The notes beneath the pieces were generated by a model, which was not told the origin of the DNA, searched no databases, and saw nothing but the letters and a program-made list of their open reading frames with translations. A stretch of 64,000 nucleotides of DNA from a bacterium (GTDB lineage: Bacteria > Patescibacteriota > Minisyncoccia > Minisyncoccales > UBA1441), in assembly GCA_029559515.1 (NCBI GenBank), contig JAKQBO010000007.1, positions 11,878-75,877 of the forward strand. The letters run 5' to 3'. The translations under genes were made by a program, and so were the position numbers. Positions 1-10,697 of this stretch are shown one piece after another. Each line of letters starts with the position of its first letter. Positions within the stretch are counted from its first letter, which is position 1.

Positions 1-1
1 A

Positions 2-937
2 CGTTATCTCGGGGTCTCTAATGCGGATATGGAGAAGGGAGAGATGAGAATCGAAGCTAATGTTTCTGTCCAGCCTAAAGCAGATCCGCTCGGTTCGGGA
101 ACGAAGACCGAGTTGAAGAATATTAATTCTTTTCATGCGGTCAGAATGGCGATTGATAGTGAGATTGAACGGCAAAGAGTAATGATTAGTCAGGGGGAAA
201 AGGTAACTCAGGAAACCAGAGGATGGAACGGACAGCAGACCGTGCTGCAGCGGAAGAAGGAGGAGGAGCAAGAATATCGCTACTTTTCTGAGCCCGATCT
301 TTTGCCAATTCGGTGGACGGAAAGAGAGATTATGGAAATTGCCCAAAGCCTACCCGAACTGCCCGCAGCCAAAAGGTCTCGCTTGAGCCGGGAATATCAG
401 ATTGAGCAGCAAGACATTGAGGTATTGGTCCGGGATCCGGCCTTAGCTAGCTATTTTGAAAAAGCGGCGAGCGAACTACTGTCCTGGAAGAAGGACGAAA
501 AGATTAGTTCAGAAAAAACCAGCCAGTTGATGAAACTACTAGCTAATTATTTGATTAGCGATCTTAAGGGGTTAATCGGTTCCGGGTCAATCAAAGATCT
601 TAAGATTACTCCGGAGAATTTTGCCGAGCTGATTATTTTGATTTTCCAAGGCAAAATTCCTTCTCGTTTAGCCAAAGGACTATTAAAGGACATGTTTGAG
701 ACTGGCGGCGATCCTTCCCAGATTATGGCTGATCAGGGCTTGGCTAAAATTGACGACGAAAAGATGCTTCAACCAGTGGTTAAAAGAATTATTGATAATA
801 ATCCTCAGGCCTGTCAAGATTATCGCCAAGGCAAGACGGCCGCCCTTCAATTTTTAATTGGCCAGCTGATGGGAGAAACCAAGGGAGCCGTTGAGCCCGA
901 TCATGCTCGCCGCTTGATCGAAGATCAGCTTAAATAA
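2..937 (+). CDS. gatB: Asp-tRNA(Asn)/Glu-tRNA(Gln) amidotransferase subunit B, C-terminal ~2/3 (5' end outside window)
   Basis: Translation has GVSNADMEKGEMRIEANVSV and YRYFSEPDL motifs typical of GatB; the reading frame stays open to window position 2, so the gene starts upstream. Confidence 0.85.
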   Translation, partial: RYLGVSNADMEKGEMRIEANVSVQPKADPLGSGTKTELKNINSFHAVRMAIDSEIERQRVMISQGEKVTQETRGWNGQQTVLQRKKEEEQEYRYFSEPDLLPIRWTEREIMEIAQSLPELPAAKRSRLSREYQIEQQDIEVLVRDPALASYFEKAASELLSWKKDEKISSEKTSQLMKLLANYLISDLKGLIGSGSIKDLKITPENFAELIILIFQGKIPSRLAKGLLKDMFETGGDPSQIMADQGLAKIDDEKMLQPVVKRIIDNNPQACQDYRQGKTAALQFLIGQLMGETKGAVEPDHARRLIEDQLK

Positions 938-938
938 A

Positions 939-1832
939 TTATTGATTGAGGAAATTCCTGATTAGATCTCGGGCTTGGTTTGAATCTTTAAGCCAGTGAA
1001 TACGCTGGTCTTTTTTAAACCAATTTAATTGGTGCTTAACCAGCTTCAGGCTATCTTGAATAATTCCTGATTTCATTTCTGGATAATCTACTTTATTCTG
1101 AAGGTAGTAGGCTACCCAGCGGTATTCTAAGCCGAAATCCTCCAATCTCTTCCAAGATAATGGTATTTTCCTTAAGGTTTCCACCTCTTCGATTAATCCT
1201 GATTTTAGGCGCTGATTAAGGCGGCGAGCAATTTTATCTTTCAGCTCAGGTAAAGGATAATTTAGTCCCAGAAAAAGAGTTTGAAAGGCCGGCTGACTCT
1301 GGCGAGGGGGTACTTGTCCGGCCACGCTAGCAATCTCGATGGCTCGGATTAGCCGGCGAGCATTAAAAGGATCAACTTTCTGAGCGTACGCCGCATCTAA
1401 TTCTTTGAGCATTTTAAAAAGTTCTTCCGGTTTCTTTTTTTCTAATCTCTGGCGAAGCGACTGGTTGCGAGGGACTGAAGGCAGCTTCCAGCCCTCGGTT
1501 ACTGAATAAATGTAAAAAGGCGATCCGCCGACCAAGAAGGGAGTTTTATTATTCAGAATAATTTTTCGAGCCGATTTAATGGCTAGTTTTTGAAATTGAG
1601 CAACGGTAAAAACTCTTCGCGGGGAAGCGATATCAATTAAGTGATGGGGGACACCCTTCATCTCCTGAGGAGTAATTTTAGCCGAACCAATATCTAGTCC
1701 CCGATAAACCTGCCGGGAATCGGCTGAAATTATTTCACCATTAAATTCCCGGGCCATTTTAACCCCGAGTTGGCTTTTGCCAGTAGCTGTCGGACCAAGA
1801 ATGGTAATTAATTTATCTTTTGGATTTGACAT
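939..1832 (-). CDS. miaA: tRNA dimethylallyltransferase
   Basis: N-terminal P-loop ILGPTATGKS plus the ADSRQVYRGLDIGSAK motif characteristic of MiaA. Confidence 0.85.
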   Translation of the reverse strand: MSNPKDKLITILGPTATGKSQLGVKMAREFNGEIISADSRQVYRGLDIGSAKITPQEMKGVPHHLIDIASPRRVFTVAQFQKLAIKSARKIILNNKTPFLVGGSPFYIYSVTEGWKLPSVPRNQSLRQRLEKKKPEELFKMLKELDAAYAQKVDPFNARRLIRAIEIASVAGQVPPRQSQPAFQTLFLGLNYPLPELKDKIARRLNQRLKSGLIEEVETLRKIPLSWKRLEDFGLEYRWVAYYLQNKVDYPEMKSGIIQDSLKLVKHQLNWFKKDQRIHWLKDSNQARDLIRNFLNQ

Positions 1833-1891
1833 TAATTAATCCGATTATAGAATTAGTCTATTGTTCCTGACAAACAAAGGAGGCGGGTGAC

Positions 1892-2344
1892 ATGATGTGG
1901 AGCCTATGGTTTTTAGCGCCAGATATCTGGTTGATTTATCAGATACCGAGCTACTGGGCTTTAATAATGGCTGTTTTTTCTGGCCTGGTCAATGTTGTTA
2001 TCTCTTTGGGCGTATTCTTTCTTTTAGTCTATGCTATTAAACGTTTAGTGAAAAGATGGCCAGATCGGCAATTTTTTATGGCCGTCGCGAACCAGTTTAA
2101 GGTCTTTCTGGCGCGCAGTGAGGCAAAGGGCTACCGAATCGCGAAGTATATTGAGGAGATCAGGATTCATAAATACCTTTTCCTGTATCTTCTTAATGTG
2201 ATTCCTTTTATCCCCTGGGTAACTGGAGGAACTGTATGCTACACCGCGGTTACCAAAAACTTTTGGTCACTGCTGTACATAATCTTAGGGCTAGTGACAA
2301 AAGTTACCGCAATAACAATAGTCGCCTTTTTGATCAGAACGTGA
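1892..2344 (+). CDS. small hydrophobic membrane protein, unknown function
   Basis: 150-aa ORF with several hydrophobic stretches; no recognisable motif. Confidence 0.4.
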   Translation: MMWSLWFLAPDIWLIYQIPSYWALIMAVFSGLVNVVISLGVFFLLVYAIKRLVKRWPDRQFFMAVANQFKVFLARSEAKGYRIAKYIEEIRIHKYLFLYLLNVIPFIPWVTGGTVCYTAVTKNFWSLLYIILGLVTKVTAITIVAFLIRT

Positions 2345-2370
2345 GCCCATTCATTGTTTGAATGGGCTTT

Positions 2371-3663
2371 TTATTTTATCTTTCCATATAAACCCCAAGA
2401 TCCAGCCTCAGTGATCTTCACTGAAGCTACTTGGCCGATCAAATTATCTTGACCGCCATCGATCTTAACTGTTTTATAGGCTCGGCTTTTGCCAAAAAGA
2501 GCTTTCTTCTTGGCGTCATAATAATCAATTAAAACCGGAATAGTTTTATTGAGATAAAAACGATTGTTTTTCAAAGCTGTTTTTTTCAGAATTTCATTTA
2601 ATATCTTCTCCCTTTTTATCTTTTCCGCTTCAGGAATAGGATCGCCCAAGGGCCAAGCACTGGTTAGGGGCCGGGGAGAGTAGCGAGCAATATAGGCCAT
2701 ATCATATTCAACTTCGGTCATCAGTTTAACTGTTTCCTGGAACATGGCCTCTGTCTCTCCGGGGAATCCGACGATAATATCGGTTGAAAGAGCCAGCCTC
2801 TTTTCTTCGTTTTTTCTATTTTCCTGGAAGGCCTGACGGAGCTTGTTAACAATATTCTTGTAATCCTTAATGACGTATGGGCGATTCATCTTTTTTAGAA
2901 TGATGTCATCGCCCGACTGAGCCGGCAGATTCAGATAAGGGGCGACTTTTGAAGACTGGGCCATCACCTGGATCAACTGGTCGGAAAGGTCCTTAGGGTG
3001 GGGAGTGGTAAAGTAGAGCCAAAAATCCCCATCAATGGCGTTAGCCCGGGAGAGCAATTCAGGAAAGAGGACGGTTCGGTGGCCGTCTTTGCCCTGGTAG
3101 CTATTAACATTCTGCCCCAGTAGCCAGATTTCACGGTAGCCTCCTTGGGCTAGTTTTTTAACTTCGTCCAGTACTTCCTTTGCTGGCCGACTGTATTCCC
3201 GCCCCCGGGTAAAAGGAACGATGCAGTAAGCGCAAAAATTATTACAGCCAGTCATGATTGGTACGTAGGCTCGGAAAAATGAATGGTAATGAGCTGGTTG
3301 GGAAAGATATTCCGGGTTTTCAAAAAAATCTGGGCGCGCACAGACCAAATCAAATATTTTTAGTAATTTTCTTTGTTCAGCTGATTTTAGATAACAGCCG
3401 GTCAGAACAGCTTCAATTTTATGCCCTGATTTCTTGAGATGCTCTATTTTCTCAGCCAGTCCATAAATTCGATCAACAGCTGATTTTCTGACTGAACACA
3501 TATTAACAATAACCAGGTCGGCTGATTCTAGCTCGAGAGTTGGCTGATATCCTCGTTCTTCTAGAAGGTGGGCAATCTTTTCTGAGTCAGAAATGTTCAT
3601 CTGACAACCAAAAGTTACCAGAAAGTAACGCCCCGGCTTTCTGAATTTATCTGTGATCGCCAT
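2371..3663 (-). CDS. miaB: tRNA methylthiotransferase (MiaB-like radical SAM MTTase)
   Basis: N-terminal FGCQMN methylthiotransferase motif and a CxxxCxxC radical-SAM motif (CNNFCAYC); adjacent to miaA. Confidence 0.75.
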   Translation of the reverse strand: MAITDKFRKPGRYFLVTFGCQMNISDSEKIAHLLEERGYQPTLELESADLVIVNMCSVRKSAVDRIYGLAEKIEHLKKSGHKIEAVLTGCYLKSAEQRKLLKIFDLVCARPDFFENPEYLSQPAHYHSFFRAYVPIMTGCNNFCAYCIVPFTRGREYSRPAKEVLDEVKKLAQGGYREIWLLGQNVNSYQGKDGHRTVLFPELLSRANAIDGDFWLYFTTPHPKDLSDQLIQVMAQSSKVAPYLNLPAQSGDDIILKKMNRPYVIKDYKNIVNKLRQAFQENRKNEEKRLALSTDIIVGFPGETEAMFQETVKLMTEVEYDMAYIARYSPRPLTSAWPLGDPIPEAEKIKREKILNEILKKTALKNNRFYLNKTIPVLIDYYDAKKKALFGKSRAYKTVKIDGGQDNLIGQVASVKITEAGSWGLYGKIK

Positions 3664-5396
3664 CAGGATCTTTCTTTAATTTTCTGATCCAGAAGAGAGA
3701 TGAATTCTGCTACGGAGAGAGAAAACAATTCTGATTGATGTCGCTGCCGGACACTTATCTTCTTGGCTTCGACTTCTCGGTCGCCGACTACCAAGATAAA
3801 GGGTATCTGCAACTCTTCAGCTTGGAGAATCTTTTTATTAACAGTTTTGTTTTCCCGGTCCACTTCAACGCGATAACCGGCTGATTTTAATTGATCAGCA
3901 ATTTCTTCAGCATATTCCTGGTGCCGGTCGGCCACCGGGATGAGCATAACCTGGGTTGGGCTTAACCAAACAGGCAACTGGCCTCCATGGTGTTCTAGCA
4001 AAACACCAATAAAGCGTTCAATACTGCCAAGGATGGCGCGATGAATCATAATCGGCTGTTGCTTCTGTCCCGATTCGTCAATGAAATGGAGGTCAAATTT
4101 TCCAGGCAGGTTAAAGTCAACCTGAATGGTCGTACATTGCCAGCTTCGGCCAATTGAGTCCTTAATTTTAATATCAATCTTTGGTCCGTAGAAAACGCCA
4201 CCCTCTTCGTCTACTTGATATTTAATCTGTTGTTTTTTTAATGCCCCCTCTAGCGCTTCGGTAGCCTTTGCCCAAATGTCGTCTGATCCAATATATTTCT
4301 CCGGGCGCGTGGAGAGATAAATATCGTATTCTTTAAAGCTAAAGTCGCTTAAAACTTCAAGGGCCAGCTTTAAGGTGTTTTCAATTTCTTGCGGTAATTG
4401 ATCGGGGGTGCACCAGATATGAGAATCATCTTGAGTAAAACCGCGAACTCTAGTCAGGCCGTGCAGAACGCCAGACTTTTCGTAGCGATACACCGTGCCT
4501 AATTCAGCATAACGCAATGGCAGATCGCGATAGCTCTGAGTCTGCCGTTGATAGATTAGAATGTGGAAGGGGCAGTTCATTGGTTTGATCTGATAGTCGT
4601 CCTTTTCATCGTCAGCGATTTCATTCAAGTGCATCGAGGGAAACATGCTCTCTCGATAAAACCCAACATGCCCTGATGTTTCCCAAAGATGCAGACGGGC
4701 GATGTGGGGAGTCTCAACTAATTGGCAGCCTCGTTTAGAATACTTATCGAGAATAAAATTTTGAACTACCTTTTTTAAAGCGGTTCCCCGAGGGGTCCAT
4801 AAAACTAGCCCGGCTCCTAATTTTTCGTCTAAGCGAAAGAGATCCAGCTTTTTGCCAATCAACCGATGATCTCTCTTCTGGGCTTCAGCGAGTTGGTTTA
4901 AAAATTCTTTCAATTTAGCCTCATCTTCAAAAGCGTAACCATAAATTCTTTGTAGCATGGGGCGTTTCTCGTCGCCTCGCCAATAAGCGCCGGCGACTGA
5001 AGAAAGCTTAAAAGACTTTGGATCAATTTTTCCGGTTGACTCAATGTGGGGACCCCGGCAAAGATCGGTAAAGCCATCAACCTGGAAGACGCTGACTTCG
5101 TCTTCTGCCAGTTCTTTGATTAACTCTAACTTATAGGGCTGGTCTTCGAAGATCTTAAGAGCTTCAGATTTTTTAACTTTCTTGTACTCAAAAGACTGGT
5201 CTTGCTTGATAATCTTGACCATCTCTTGGGATATTTTATCCAGATCCTCGGGTGTTATTTTCTTTTTCAAATCAATATCATAATAAAAACCATGCTCGAT
5301 ACTCGGTCCGATACCGAACTTAATTTCTGGATAAAGCCGCTTCAGAGCGGCGGCCATAATATGGGCTAAAGAGTGTCTAATTATTTCTAATTCCAT
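3663..5396 (-). CDS. thrS: threonyl-tRNA synthetase
   Basis: Class II aaRS motifs plus the ThrRS-typical HRAILGSIERFIGVLLEHHGG motif; 577 aa. Confidence 0.85.
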   Translation of the reverse strand: MELEIIRHSLAHIMAAALKRLYPEIKFGIGPSIEHGFYYDIDLKKKITPEDLDKISQEMVKIIKQDQSFEYKKVKKSEALKIFEDQPYKLELIKELAEDEVSVFQVDGFTDLCRGPHIESTGKIDPKSFKLSSVAGAYWRGDEKRPMLQRIYGYAFEDEAKLKEFLNQLAEAQKRDHRLIGKKLDLFRLDEKLGAGLVLWTPRGTALKKVVQNFILDKYSKRGCQLVETPHIARLHLWETSGHVGFYRESMFPSMHLNEIADDEKDDYQIKPMNCPFHILIYQRQTQSYRDLPLRYAELGTVYRYEKSGVLHGLTRVRGFTQDDSHIWCTPDQLPQEIENTLKLALEVLSDFSFKEYDIYLSTRPEKYIGSDDIWAKATEALEGALKKQQIKYQVDEEGGVFYGPKIDIKIKDSIGRSWQCTTIQVDFNLPGKFDLHFIDESGQKQQPIMIHRAILGSIERFIGVLLEHHGGQLPVWLSPTQVMLIPVADRHQEYAEEIADQLKSAGYRVEVDRENKTVNKKILQAEELQIPFILVVGDREVEAKKISVRQRHQSELFSLSVAEFISLLDQKIKERS

Positions 5397-5397
5397 G

Positions 5398-8300
5398 TTA
5401 TTCTTTTGAGATTAATTCTTCGGCTGATTCACCGATCATCTGCAATGATCCGTTGCGGCGATCGATGCGGCCTTTCATTAAAATAATATTGCCTTCTGTT
5501 AACATTTTAGCATAACTATCTAAGACTCGGGGGAAGACCACTACTTCAATCTTGTCAGTCAGATCTTCTAATTCAACAAACATCATCCTTTCATTATTTT
5601 TAGTAATAATTCGATTGATCTTATTGATGATGCCGCCAACTCTGACCATCTGGCCGATAAAAGAGTCATCAATTTCTTTAATCGGGGTGGTGATCTTCTT
5701 GAGCATCTTTTCATACTGGTTCAGCGGATGAGCGCTGATATAGAGGCCCAGGAGTTCTTTTTCCCAGCCTAGCTTGTCTAAGGTCGTGATCGTGCCTTCT
5801 TGGCTTAAATTAAGAGCCGGCCGGAGAGGCGTAGTTTGAAATAGGCTCGCCTGTTGGCTGTTGCTTTGCTTTTTAATTTCTTGAGCGCAGTCTAAGATAT
5901 TTTTAATGTTGTTGACAATTTTAGCGCGATCAATCAAGTTGTCAAAGACACCGGCTCGAGCCATGCTTTCAAGTGATTTTTTATCTAATCCGAATTCACA
6001 GGTCCGGCTGACAAAATCTTCGAGTGTTTTGAAATAGCCGTTTTGTTTTCTTTCGTTTATGATTTGTTCGACAACTTTATGACTGACGTTTTTGATCGCC
6101 GATAAGCCGAATCGGATAACATTGTTTTGGGGCACAACAGAGAAAGTTAAGAAACTTTCATTGATGTCGGGGGGCCAAATCTCGATACCCACTCGACGGC
6201 ATTCTTGAATCAAAAAGGAAATCTTCTCATTGTTTCCAGCGTGAGAGGTTAAAAGAGAAGACATAAACTCAAGAGGATAGTGAGCCTTAAGGTAAGCCGT
6301 CTGGTAGGCGATAGTAGCGTAGCTGGTGGCGTGAGCCAAATTAAAACTATAACTGGCAAAGGGAATAATCCACTCCCAGACTTCTTGAGCTAGCTCCTGT
6401 GAGACTTTGTTGTTCACCATTCCCTTCAGAAACTTATCCTTCTGTTTGTCTAACAAGTCTTTCTTCTTTTTCCCAATAGCCTTTCTCAGGGTGTCGGCTT
6501 CAGAAAGAGTAAAACCGGCCAGACGGTGAGCTATTTGAATAATTTGCTCTTGATAGACGGCTATGCCGTAGGTATCCGCCAGAATTTCCTTAAGAATCGG
6601 ATGACTATATTGAACCTTTTCCCGATTATTTTTCCGGGCAATATATTGAGGAATGAATTGCATTGGCCCGGGCCGGTAGAGGGCAACCATGGCCACAATA
6701 TCTTCAAAGCGGTTTGGCTTAAGCTGTTTTAAGTAGCTTCTCATCCCGCTACTTTCCAGCTGAAAAACCCCGGTCGTCTCTCCGCGTTGGAGCAGCTGGT
6801 AGGTCTTGCGGTCGTCAAAGGGGATTTCTTCTATCTTTAAGTCAACCTGGTGGATGGCATAAATACGCTTCAGGGTCTCTTCAATAATGGTCAAGTTACG
6901 CAGGCCTAAGAAGTCCATCTTTAACAGACCCAGGGCTTCAATGTATTCCATGCTGTATTGGGTGACAACGCTTTCTTTGTTCTGGGGGGCTAGTTGGAGT
7001 GGCACAATTTCAGTTAGTGGCTGATCAGCCACGACAACGCCGCAGGCATGAGTTGAAGCGTGGCGAGCAGTCCCTTCAATTTTTTTAGCCAGATCAATTA
7101 GCCGGCGCACTTTTTCGTCTGCCTCGTATTGGCTCTTTAACTCTTTAACTGCATCTAGTGCCTGGGACAGATTCATATTAAAAGGAATGGCCTTGGCAAT
7201 TTGGTCGCAAAAACTATAGCTGTAGCCCAGGGCTCGGCCAACATCACGGATAGAGCCGCGGGCGGCCATAGTTCCGAAAGTAATAATCTGGGCGACATGT
7301 TTCCGACCATATTTATGGGCGACGTATTCGATAACCTCGTCCCGTCGATTATCGGCAAAATCAATGTCAATATCGGGCATAGAGATTCTTTCCGGATTAA
7401 GAAAACGTTCAAAGATAAGTTTGTGTTTGAGGGGATCAATTGTAGTAATATCAAGCAGGTAAGAGACAATTGATCCGGGCGCGCTGCCCCGTCCCGGTCC
7501 GACGACAATGTGCTTCTCTTTGGCCCATTTGATAAAGTCGTGAACGATCAAAAAGTAGGAGACAAAGCCCATTTTTTCGATAACCGAAAGTTCATAATCC
7601 AAACGCTCTTTAATTTCTTTTGTGGCTCGTCCGTATTTTCCCTTAATACCTGCCTGACAGAGTTTTCTTAAATAAGAATTATCGTCTTCTCCTGCGGGTG
7701 GATCGAAGTGAGGCAGGCGGATCTGTCCTAAGTCAAGCTCCACCTGGCAACGTTCGGCAATTTTCAAAGTATTGGTTACTGCTTCTTCTGGATATTCCTT
7801 AAAAGCCTCAATCATCTCTTTTGGCGAGGCGAGGTAGGAGTCACTGCCGACCATCGTCATGCGATCAGGAGTTTGAATGTTGGTGTGGGTATTGATCATC
7901 AGCAAAATCTCCTGAGCCTCTTCATCCTCGGGCTTTAGGTAGTGGACGTCATTAGTTGCCACCAACGGAATATTAGTCTTCTTAGAAATTAAGCACAATT
8001 GACGGTTTATCTCGGATTGCGATTTGAAGCTTGGGCAGTGTTGTATCTCCAGGAAGAAGTTTTTTGCTCCAAACATTTTTTGAGATTCTAAAGCCTCGGC
8101 CTGGGCTTCTTCAAGGCGACCATTTAAAATCAATTGAGATATCTTGCCTTGAGCACAGCCGGACAAAGCAATAAGCCCCTGATGATATTGCTGGAGCAAT
8201 TCTTTATCAACCCGGGGCTTGTAATAAAAGCCTTCTAAGTGGGCCTTGGTTACTAATTTAATCAAATTACGATAACCGGTTTCGTTTTCAACCAGCAGGA

Positions 8301-8565
8301 TCAGGTGGTAGTTTCCTTTATCATCGACCTGTTTTTGATGTCTCGATCCTCGGGCCACATAAACCTCGCAACCCAAAATTGGCTTAATCTTTCTTTTTTT
8401 AGCCTCTTGGTAGAATTCGATTAAGCCATAGAGATTGCCGTGGTCGGTCAGGGCAACACTATCCATGCCCAGTTCTTGGGTGTAGTCTAAAAGTTCCGGT
8501 ATTTTAGCCAGTCCGTCCAGCAGACTGTAGTGAGAGTGAACGTGCAAATGAACAAACTTCTTCAT
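5398..8565 (-). CDS. dnaE: DNA polymerase III alpha subunit
   Basis: 1055 aa; N-terminal PHP domain (HLHVHSHYSLLDG) and a polymerase core. Confidence 0.9.
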   Translation of the reverse strand: MKKFVHLHVHSHYSLLDGLAKIPELLDYTQELGMDSVALTDHGNLYGLIEFYQEAKKRKIKPILGCEVYVARGSRHQKQVDDKGNYHLILLVENETGYRNLIKLVTKAHLEGFYYKPRVDKELLQQYHQGLIALSGCAQGKISQLILNGRLEEAQAEALESQKMFGAKNFFLEIQHCPSFKSQSEINRQLCLISKKTNIPLVATNDVHYLKPEDEEAQEILLMINTHTNIQTPDRMTMVGSDSYLASPKEMIEAFKEYPEEAVTNTLKIAERCQVELDLGQIRLPHFDPPAGEDDNSYLRKLCQAGIKGKYGRATKEIKERLDYELSVIEKMGFVSYFLIVHDFIKWAKEKHIVVGPGRGSAPGSIVSYLLDITTIDPLKHKLIFERFLNPERISMPDIDIDFADNRRDEVIEYVAHKYGRKHVAQIITFGTMAARGSIRDVGRALGYSYSFCDQIAKAIPFNMNLSQALDAVKELKSQYEADEKVRRLIDLAKKIEGTARHASTHACGVVVADQPLTEIVPLQLAPQNKESVVTQYSMEYIEALGLLKMDFLGLRNLTIIEETLKRIYAIHQVDLKIEEIPFDDRKTYQLLQRGETTGVFQLESSGMRSYLKQLKPNRFEDIVAMVALYRPGPMQFIPQYIARKNNREKVQYSHPILKEILADTYGIAVYQEQIIQIAHRLAGFTLSEADTLRKAIGKKKKDLLDKQKDKFLKGMVNNKVSQELAQEVWEWIIPFASYSFNLAHATSYATIAYQTAYLKAHYPLEFMSSLLTSHAGNNEKISFLIQECRRVGIEIWPPDINESFLTFSVVPQNNVIRFGLSAIKNVSHKVVEQIINERKQNGYFKTLEDFVSRTCEFGLDKKSLESMARAGVFDNLIDRAKIVNNIKNILDCAQEIKKQSNSQQASLFQTTPLRPALNLSQEGTITTLDKLGWEKELLGLYISAHPLNQYEKMLKKITTPIKEIDDSFIGQMVRVGGIINKINRIITKNNERMMFVELEDLTDKIEVVVFPRVLDSYAKMLTEGNIILMKGRIDRRNGSLQMIGESAEELISKE

Positions 8566-9275
8566 TTCACCAGCTGTTGATAACGCGCACCTTTCAAAAG
8601 AATTCCGTCCTCCAAAACTGCTTCGCGGGTGATTAAATATTTAGCAATAAATGTGTCTTCTAAATTAACGGTTCCCAAGGCCAGCAGCTGCATTAAATCA
8701 ACCGACCCTTCAATGGCCGAGCGCTGAAGGTTGAGGTTGCCGTTAATCACAGCCTGCCTTAAGTAAAGATTTCCTTCGATCGTCAGGTTGCCTTGTTTTG
8801 ATTCCTGAATCCGACTGCCGATTAAATTAAGATCACCACCAACTCGAGCCTTGGCGAGGCTAATAAAGCCATTGTTAATTAATTGGTTGCAGTTAAGGTC
8901 GTTCTTGATCTTGGAGCCGACGAGGTTAATGACGCCCCGGATAGTAGCTTGCTCTAATTTAATTGAGCCCATTACGGTCGCCTGATCTAGAAAAACCGAA
9001 CCCTTGACGATAGTTCGGTCCATATTCAAGTCTCCGTCAATCATAACTCCTCGGAGAGAGACAGAGCCTAAGATCGTCGCTCCTTCTAGATTTAGTCCAG
9101 AGTTAATTTTTCTTTCAGCCAACGACAAGAAAGGTAATATTTTATAGCTAAAATCAGCTGCCCTTCCTTGGCCCTCGGCTGTTTTTAGCTCTTTTTCAAT
9201 ATCTCCAGACATCAAGACCGAAGAAAGTTCTAGCGCTGATTGAGGAGTGGGGGAGTTGTTTTCCATTTTAAACAA
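8562..9275 (-). CDS. bactofilin-like beta-helical protein
   Basis: Repetitive G-x-V/I-x-L beta-helix repeats (GSVSLRGVMIDGDLN..., GSIKLEQATIRGVINL...) resemble the bactofilin/DUF583 fold. Confidence 0.5.
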   Translation of the reverse strand: MFKMENNSPTPQSALELSSVLMSGDIEKELKTAEGQGRAADFSYKILPFLSLAERKINSGLNLEGATILGSVSLRGVMIDGDLNMDRTIVKGSVFLDQATVMGSIKLEQATIRGVINLVGSKIKNDLNCNQLINNGFISLAKARVGGDLNLIGSRIQESKQGNLTIEGNLYLRQAVINGNLNLQRSAIEGSVDLMQLLALGTVNLEDTFIAKYLITREAVLEDGILLKGARYQQLVK

Positions 9276-9313
9276 AAGGGGTTAAAATAAGGGAAAATCC
9301 TAAGGTCATTATA

Positions 9314-9973
9314 ATGCAAATAGATTTTTTTGACAAACAAGGCTTAACCCTAAAAACCGAAAAAGATATTATTGCCCAGGGATATAGTGCAGTGGTTGGT
9401 TTGGATGAGGTTGGCCGAGGGGCTTTAGCCGGGCCAGTTGTGGCCGCGGCAGTGTCTTTAGACAAGTCTTTTTTAAATAAAAAAATTCCGTCGTCTCTCT
9501 CGAGAGTTCGCGATTCTAAAAAACTCAGCGCCAAACAGCGAGAAGAAATAGCCCGGACGGCGGAGCAACTCGAGAGCATTACTTACGCTCTGGGTGCAGT
9601 TTCAGAAAAGATTATTGATCAAACTGATATTTTAACGGCAACTAAAAAAGCAATGATCAAGGCCTTAAATCGCCTATCGGTTAATTCTTTTTTTATAGTA
9701 GTCGACGGCAACTTCAGCTTGCCGACTCAAAGGCCTCAAGCTTCTTATCCCCAGGCTGATAGTTACGTCTTTTCTGTGGCCTTAGCCTCAATTATTGCCA
9801 AGGTCTACCGCGATCAGTTGATGGTTGAATATAGCCATAAGTTTCCCGGCTATTATTTTGAGTGCCACAAGGGCTACGCCACTCGCCTTCATTATCAGTC
9901 AATTGCCCAACTTGGTCCATGTGCTATTCACCGGCGAAGCTTTCGGCTGACTGGGGCTTGGCAAAAAGACTAA
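9314..9973 (+). CDS. rnhB: ribonuclease HII
   Basis: The GLDEVGRGALAGPVV active-site motif of RNase HII. Confidence 0.85.
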   Translation: MQIDFFDKQGLTLKTEKDIIAQGYSAVVGLDEVGRGALAGPVVAAAVSLDKSFLNKKIPSSLSRVRDSKKLSAKQREEIARTAEQLESITYALGAVSEKIIDQTDILTATKKAMIKALNRLSVNSFFIVVDGNFSLPTQRPQASYPQADSYVFSVALASIIAKVYRDQLMVEYSHKFPGYYFECHKGYATRLHYQSIAQLGPCAIHRRSFRLTGAWQKD

Positions 9974-9996
9974 ATTTTGGTAGAGTTAAGAGTCTT

Positions 9997-10236
9997 ATGG
10001 CAGTACCGAAACAAAGAAAAACTAAATCAAGGCGAAATCAGGGCCGGATGCATTATTATGTTTCGGCTCCGACGGTAGTCAATTGCAGCAAGTGTGGCAA
10101 ACCTAAAAAGCCTCACACGGTCTGCGACTATTGTGGCTATTATCGGGGACGGGAGGTAATTGATGTCTTGAAAGATCTGGGCAAGAAAGAGCGGAAGAAG
10201 CGCCAGAAGGAAGAGAAACAGTCAGTCAAAGAATAA
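9997..10236 (+). CDS. rpmF: 50S ribosomal protein L32 with a lysine-rich C-terminal extension
   Basis: [19 protein letters not shown] start and a CxxC...CxxC zinc ribbon; the ATG at 9997 lies inside the longer track ORF. Confidence 0.8.
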   Translation: MAVPKQRKTKSRRNQGRMHYYVSAPTVVNCSKCGKPKKPHTVCDYCGYYRGREVIDVLKDLGKKERKKRQKEEKQSVKE

Positions 10237-10238
10237 AA

Positions 10239-10697
10239 ATGGCTTCACGTCACCAGGCCCGCTCATTAGCCGTCCAAACGCTTTATCAGTGGGACTTTTA
10301 TGGTTTAGAGCCCAACCAGCAAGAACACTATAATGAGCAGGTGTTGAAAGGAGCTCAAGATCTTAAAGTTGACCAGGAGACAAAAGATTTCTGTCGCCAG
10401 TTGGTTTCTGGGGTAGCTCAGAATATTGCTGAGATTGATCAGGTGATTAAAAAATCAGCTCCAAAGTGGCCCCTAGAAAAAATGACTCTGGTGGATCGAA
10501 ATATCCTGAGGCTTGGTTTGTACGAATTACTTTACCTTGACCCGGAGCAGGTTCCACCTAGGGTGGCTATTAATGAGGCGATTGAACTGGGTAAAGATTT
10601 TGGCGGCTTGGCTTCGGGACATTTCATTAATGGAATTCTCGGCGCTGTATTTGAAGAAACTAAGAAGATTCGGGCTAATGACGGAAAAGCAGATTGA
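10239..10697 (+). CDS. nusB: transcription antitermination factor NusB
   Basis: [18 protein letters not shown]-terminus and a NusB-like helical fold of about 150 aa. Confidence 0.75.
   Translation: MASRHQARSLAVQTLYQWDFYGLEPNQQEHYNEQVLKGAQDLKVDQETKDFCRQLVSGVAQNIAEIDQVIKKSAPKWPLEKMTLVDRNILRLGLYELLYLDPEQVPPRVAINEAIELGKDFGGLASGHFINGILGAVFEETKKIRANDGKAD

Noticed and set aside
6526-7508. Track ORFs 6526-6732 (+), 7173-7508 (-) and 7201-7473 (+) inside dnaE
   Set aside because: They lie antisense or out of frame within a well-supported 1055-aa dnaE reading frame. They have low-complexity composition and no motifs, so they are treated as spurious.
9268-9579. 103-aa minus-strand ORF overlapping the rnhB start
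   Set aside because: It overlaps the conserved RNase HII N-terminus on the opposite strand and has a Pro/Thr/Ala-rich low-complexity translation. Most likely non-coding.
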